64,000 nucleotides of DNA from Felis catus (taxonomy: Eukaryota). The stretch lies in assembly GCF_018350175.1 (NCBI RefSeq), contig NC_058383.1:2790001-2854000 (forward strand), in the 5' to 3' direction. A program made the translations under genes and the position numbers. The number at the start of each line of letters is the position of its first letter. The stretch's first letter is position 1. Of the stretch, positions 60,680 through 64,000 are shown piece by piece. The notes below the pieces were generated by a model. The model ran no database searches. It saw only the letters and a list, made by a program, of their open reading frames with translations, and was not told the origin of the DNA.

Positions 60680-60925
60680 TACCTGATAAAGGTTACACAT
60701 TTTTACTACCTGCCAGAGACTGGTCTGAGAGTTTTGCATATTAGAATTAACTGAATCCGTACAACAAGGCTAGTATTATAATCTTTATTGTTCCAGTAAG
60801 GAAATTGTGTCACACTGGAGATGACATAACCTGCCCAGGATTGCCTGGCTGTTGCCTGGCAGAGCTGTATTCAAACCCAAGATATTTGGCTCCGTATTTG
60901 ATGCTATAAGCCGCTACATTCCTAC
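60680..60925 (-). mobile_element. MIR
   Basis: ataacctgcccaggattg...ggcagagctgtattcaaacccaag. Confidence 0.7.
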
Positions 60926-60969
60926 AAATAAATATTGCCCTAATTTGATTCTCTATTTGTATTTTGAGA

Positions 60970-61125
60970 GAAGGAGGTCGGGGCTGGGAGCCTGGAGACT
61001 CTGGCTGTGTGACTAGGCCACACTTGTGACTCTGGCAGTGTTGTTTCTTGGATCCTCCGTGATCTCAGCTGTAAAACATGGAGACTGTACAATGTTCATG
61101 ATTAAATTCCTTTCTCATTCTAAAT
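60970..61125 (+). mobile_element. MIR3-like fragment
   Basis: gggctgggagcctggagac...tgtgactctggcag...tcagctgtaaaacatggagact. Confidence 0.55.
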
Positions 61126-61264
61126 GCTTTGGTTGTGGTATGTTCTTGTACAGGCTCTAAGGCTCAGTGGTCTCTACCAACTACAGAGTCTCATCTCTCA
61201 AATGCTATGTGACTGAAGTAAGAAAAAATAATGTTAGTAAACTTCATTTAAAAAAGTTGTTTGG

Positions 61265-61497
61265 GGGGCACCTGGGTGGCTCAGTCGGTTAAGCGTCTGA
61301 CTTCAGCTCAGGTCATGATCTCACAGTCCGTGAGTTCGAGCCCTGCGTCGGGCTCTGTGCTGACAGCTCAGAGCCTGGAGCCTGTTTCAGATTCTGTGTC
61401 TCCCTCTCTCTCTCTGTCTCTCTCTGTCCCTCCCCTGCTTATGCTCTGTCTCTCTCTGTCTCAAAAATAAATAAAAACATTAAAAAAATTTTTTTTA
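61265..61497 (+). mobile_element. SINEC_Fc
   Basis: ggggcacctgggtggctcagtcggttaagcgtctgac...aaaaataaataaaaacatt. Confidence 0.97.
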
Positions 61498-61714
61498 ATT
61501 GTTTGGGTTTTACAGCTGTTAAATGTGTACTTTCTCTTTATGATACCCACAACACAGGTAATAGTTGAATGGTAGGGTGTAGTTTCAAACATAAAAAATT
61601 TCAAAGAATTTTATAGCATGCTTGCTATATGTGTGTGTATACCACATAACGTGATACATATCTATCACATGAATATTTCATGTTAAATCTCATTTTAAAG
61701 AGATTCCTATCATA

Positions 61715-62095
61715 TTCATTTGACAGATATTTATTGAATACCTACTAAGTGTCGGGCACTATGCGTGATGCTGAAGGATAGAGAGGATAAAGAGAAGATA
61801 GCTTGCCCAAATGGAGTTGGCATTACAGTGGTGAAGGCAGCAGATGATCAAGTAAACAAATCAGTGAATAAAATCAACAGAAGGTGTGATGCCTGTTGGG
61901 AAACAAATAGCAGAATGCTGTGATAGGGAGTCATGGTTGTGATAGAGATGGGATCAGCTTTTAGGGCAGTTTGGGAAGGCCTCTTAGAGGAAGTGGCATT
62001 TTCGAAGGTGACAGGAACAAGAAGGAGCCAGTCCTGGGAGGATTGTGGGCAGAGGCCAAGGAAGGGGTGGTGGGGGGAGAGGGAAGAATAGTGCT
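61715..62095 (-). mobile_element. L2 3' end
   Basis: attcatttgacagatatttattgaatacctactaagtgtcgggcactatgc...ggaaggcctcttagaggaagtggcattt. Confidence 0.82.
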
Positions 62096-62104
62096 GTAGG
62101 TGAG

Positions 62105-63237
62105 TTTGGAAGGTTGAGTAATGGCCCCCATAGATACACAGGCCCTAATTCCTGGACCCTTCAAACACTGCCTTTCATGTGGTTGGGGATTGTCGCAGAC
62201 TGTTAGTTTGGAGTTCTCTCTTGTCCAGTCCAGCAAGAGAGCTGACACAGAATTGAATATGAAATAGGCTAATGTCTGGGGGGAGACAAGAGCCCTGAAC
62301 AGGGGTTCCATCTCCATATTTTTTGAGTTCACAAGATCTTACCCACGTGGTGAGCGTGAAGAAACCACTATCTTACACATGTGAATGTGGAGAAAGCAAT
62401 CAGTAGTGATTAACATGTGTATGTAAGAAGCAAAGGGTCTGGGGGCAAGTGGAGTTTGTTATCAAAGTACGATAGTATATTGGCACTAGATGGAAAGTAA
62501 TTTCCTGCAGCTGATATAACAAGTTACTCCTGAGCACGTTACAATTATCTTGTGTTGAAACGGTGAAATTATCCTGGATTACCTGGTTGGTCTGTAACTA
62601 TAAGTGTCCTTATAAGAGGGAGGTCCTGTGACAGAAACAGAGTTATACAAGATGCTACTCCCCTTGCTTTTAAGGTGGGTGAAGGGGCAGCGAACCAAGG
62701 AATGCAAAGGATGTGGATCTAGATGCCAGAAAAGGCAAGGATTCTCCTCTTGAGCTTCCAGAGGGAGTGCGGCTCTGCCAACACTTTGACTTTCCCCCTT
62801 TATGCTCGTGTTTTGGACTTCTGGCCTCTAGGACTGTTAGGAGAACAAATTTCTGTTTTAAGCCATGGATTTGCAGTAGTTTGTTATGGCAACAACGGAA
62901 AAGTCATACAGATTTTGGTACCTGGAAGTGAGGCGCTGCTGTAACATGTAGCTAAAAGTGTGGAAGGGACTTCAGAAATGGTCGATGAGTAGAGATTGAA
63001 CTTGGAGGTGTAAGATTGAAGAAACCTAGGCTGCCTTGGGTGGAAATAAGGAGGTTCATGGCTCAGAAGGATATGAGGAACCTGTGTTTGGAAACTGGGT
63101 GAAGCAGATTGTTGTTACATTGGCAGAAAGCTTGGCTGAATTATATGCTGCAGTTTTATGGAAAGCAGAATGTGTAAGTGATGAATATTTAATAGCTGAG
63201 GACATTTTTAAGCAAAGTGTTGAAGTTGCTGTTTGGC
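62105..63237 (+). mobile_element. MLT1D-like 5' LTR (62105-62910) plus start of MLT1 internal sequence
   Basis: taatggccccca..ccctaattcctgga; attatcctggatta; ggacttctggcctcta; the LTR ends ...cataca and is followed by the internal start gattttggtacc. Confidence 0.85.
62201..62543 (-). mobile_element. Probable carnivore ERV solo LTR inserted in the MLT1D LTR
   Basis: About 340 bp, bounded by TG...CA, splitting the MLT1D sequence. Contains ttctctcttgtccag..cagcaagagagctgac. No clean TSD seen. Confidence 0.5.
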
Positions 63238-64000
63238 TTTTTTTTTATTCAAGTATAATTAACATATTGTGTTACATTAGTTTCAGGTGTAGAATATAGC
63301 GATTCAGCAATTCTGTACCTTTCGCAGTGCTCATCAAGATAAATGTGCTCTTAATCCCCTTTAACTATTTCACCCATCCCTGCCACCTGCCGCCCCTCTG
63401 GCAACTACCAGTTTGTTCTCTGGACTTGAGTCTGGTTTTTTGTTGTTGTTGTTGTTTATGTTTGTCTTTTTGTTTCTTAAATTGCACATAAGAGTGCAAC
63501 ATGGTATTTGTCTTTCTCCGACCTATTTCACTTAGCATTATATTCTTTTGGTTCATCTGTGTTGTTGCAAATGGCAAGATTTCATTCTTTTATGTGGCTG
63601 AGTAATACTCCATTGCGTATCTATATACCAAATCTTCTTTATCCATTCATCTATAGATGGACACTTGGGCTGCTTCCATATCCTGGCTATTGTAAGTAAT
63701 GCTACAATAAATATGAGGTGTATATATCTTTTTGAATTAGTGTTTGTGTTTCTTTGGGTAAATACCCAGTAGTGCAACTGCTGGATATTAAGGTAATTCT
63801 ATTTTTAGTTTTTGAGGAACCTTCATATTGTTTTCCACAGTGGCTACACAAATTTGTATTCCCACCAACAGAGCAGGAGGGTTCCTTTTTCTCCACAAAC
63901 TTGCCAACACTAGCTATTTCTTTTGGTTTTTATTTTAGCCATTCTGAAGGGTATAAAGTTGTATTGCATTGTGGCTTTAATTTGCATTTCTCTGATAATT
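63238..64000 (-). mobile_element. Carnivore LINE-1 3' end, runs off the window's right edge
   Basis: T tail at 63238. Minus-strand peptide IFIVALLTIARIWKQPKCPSIDEWIKKIWYI. Confidence 0.95.

Noticed and set aside
2239..61470. Recurring short ORFs of the MAQSVK..TSAQVMIS..SSPASGSVLTAQSLEPASDSVSPSL type as a peptide gene family
   Set aside because: They are translations of CAN-SINE bodies, mostly opened at GTG or TTG.

Overview
This is mammalian genomic DNA from a cat-family animal (felid), not microbial sequence. The evidence is about 32 tRNA-derived CAN-SINEs with the felid SINEC_Fc signature (GGGGCGCCTGGGTGGCTCAGTCGGTTAAG...GACAGCTCAGAGCCTGGAGCCTG...(CT)n-AATAAA-A tail). More than half of the window is interspersed repeat: carnivore and ancient LINE-1, L2, MIR, Tigger1, Tigger2a, MER47/Tigger5, MER58 and MaLR (MLT1) LTRs. 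I cannot support any intact protein-coding exon or RNA gene. The ORF track is explained by L1 ORF1/ORF2 remnants, a dead Tigger1 transposase, SINE pseudo-ORFs and chance. The antisense bias of young L1s and SINEs and the T/G-rich + strand suggest, by inference only, that the window lies in a large intron of a + strand gene that I cannot name. The most interesting non-transposon spots are (i) a CpG-retaining block at 23.3-25.4 kb with TATA, YY1 and GC-box motifs, a three-way-junction RNA fold and a consensus ATG|GTGAGT donor, and (ii) a ~50-bp minisatellite at 26.5-27.0 kb carrying seven MRE cores. A SINE trimer inside one TSD, a twin-primed L1 and head-to-head SINE pairs are also notable. Repeat subfamily names come from my recollection of consensus sequences and need RepeatMasker/Dfam confirmation; boundaries of old elements are approximate.
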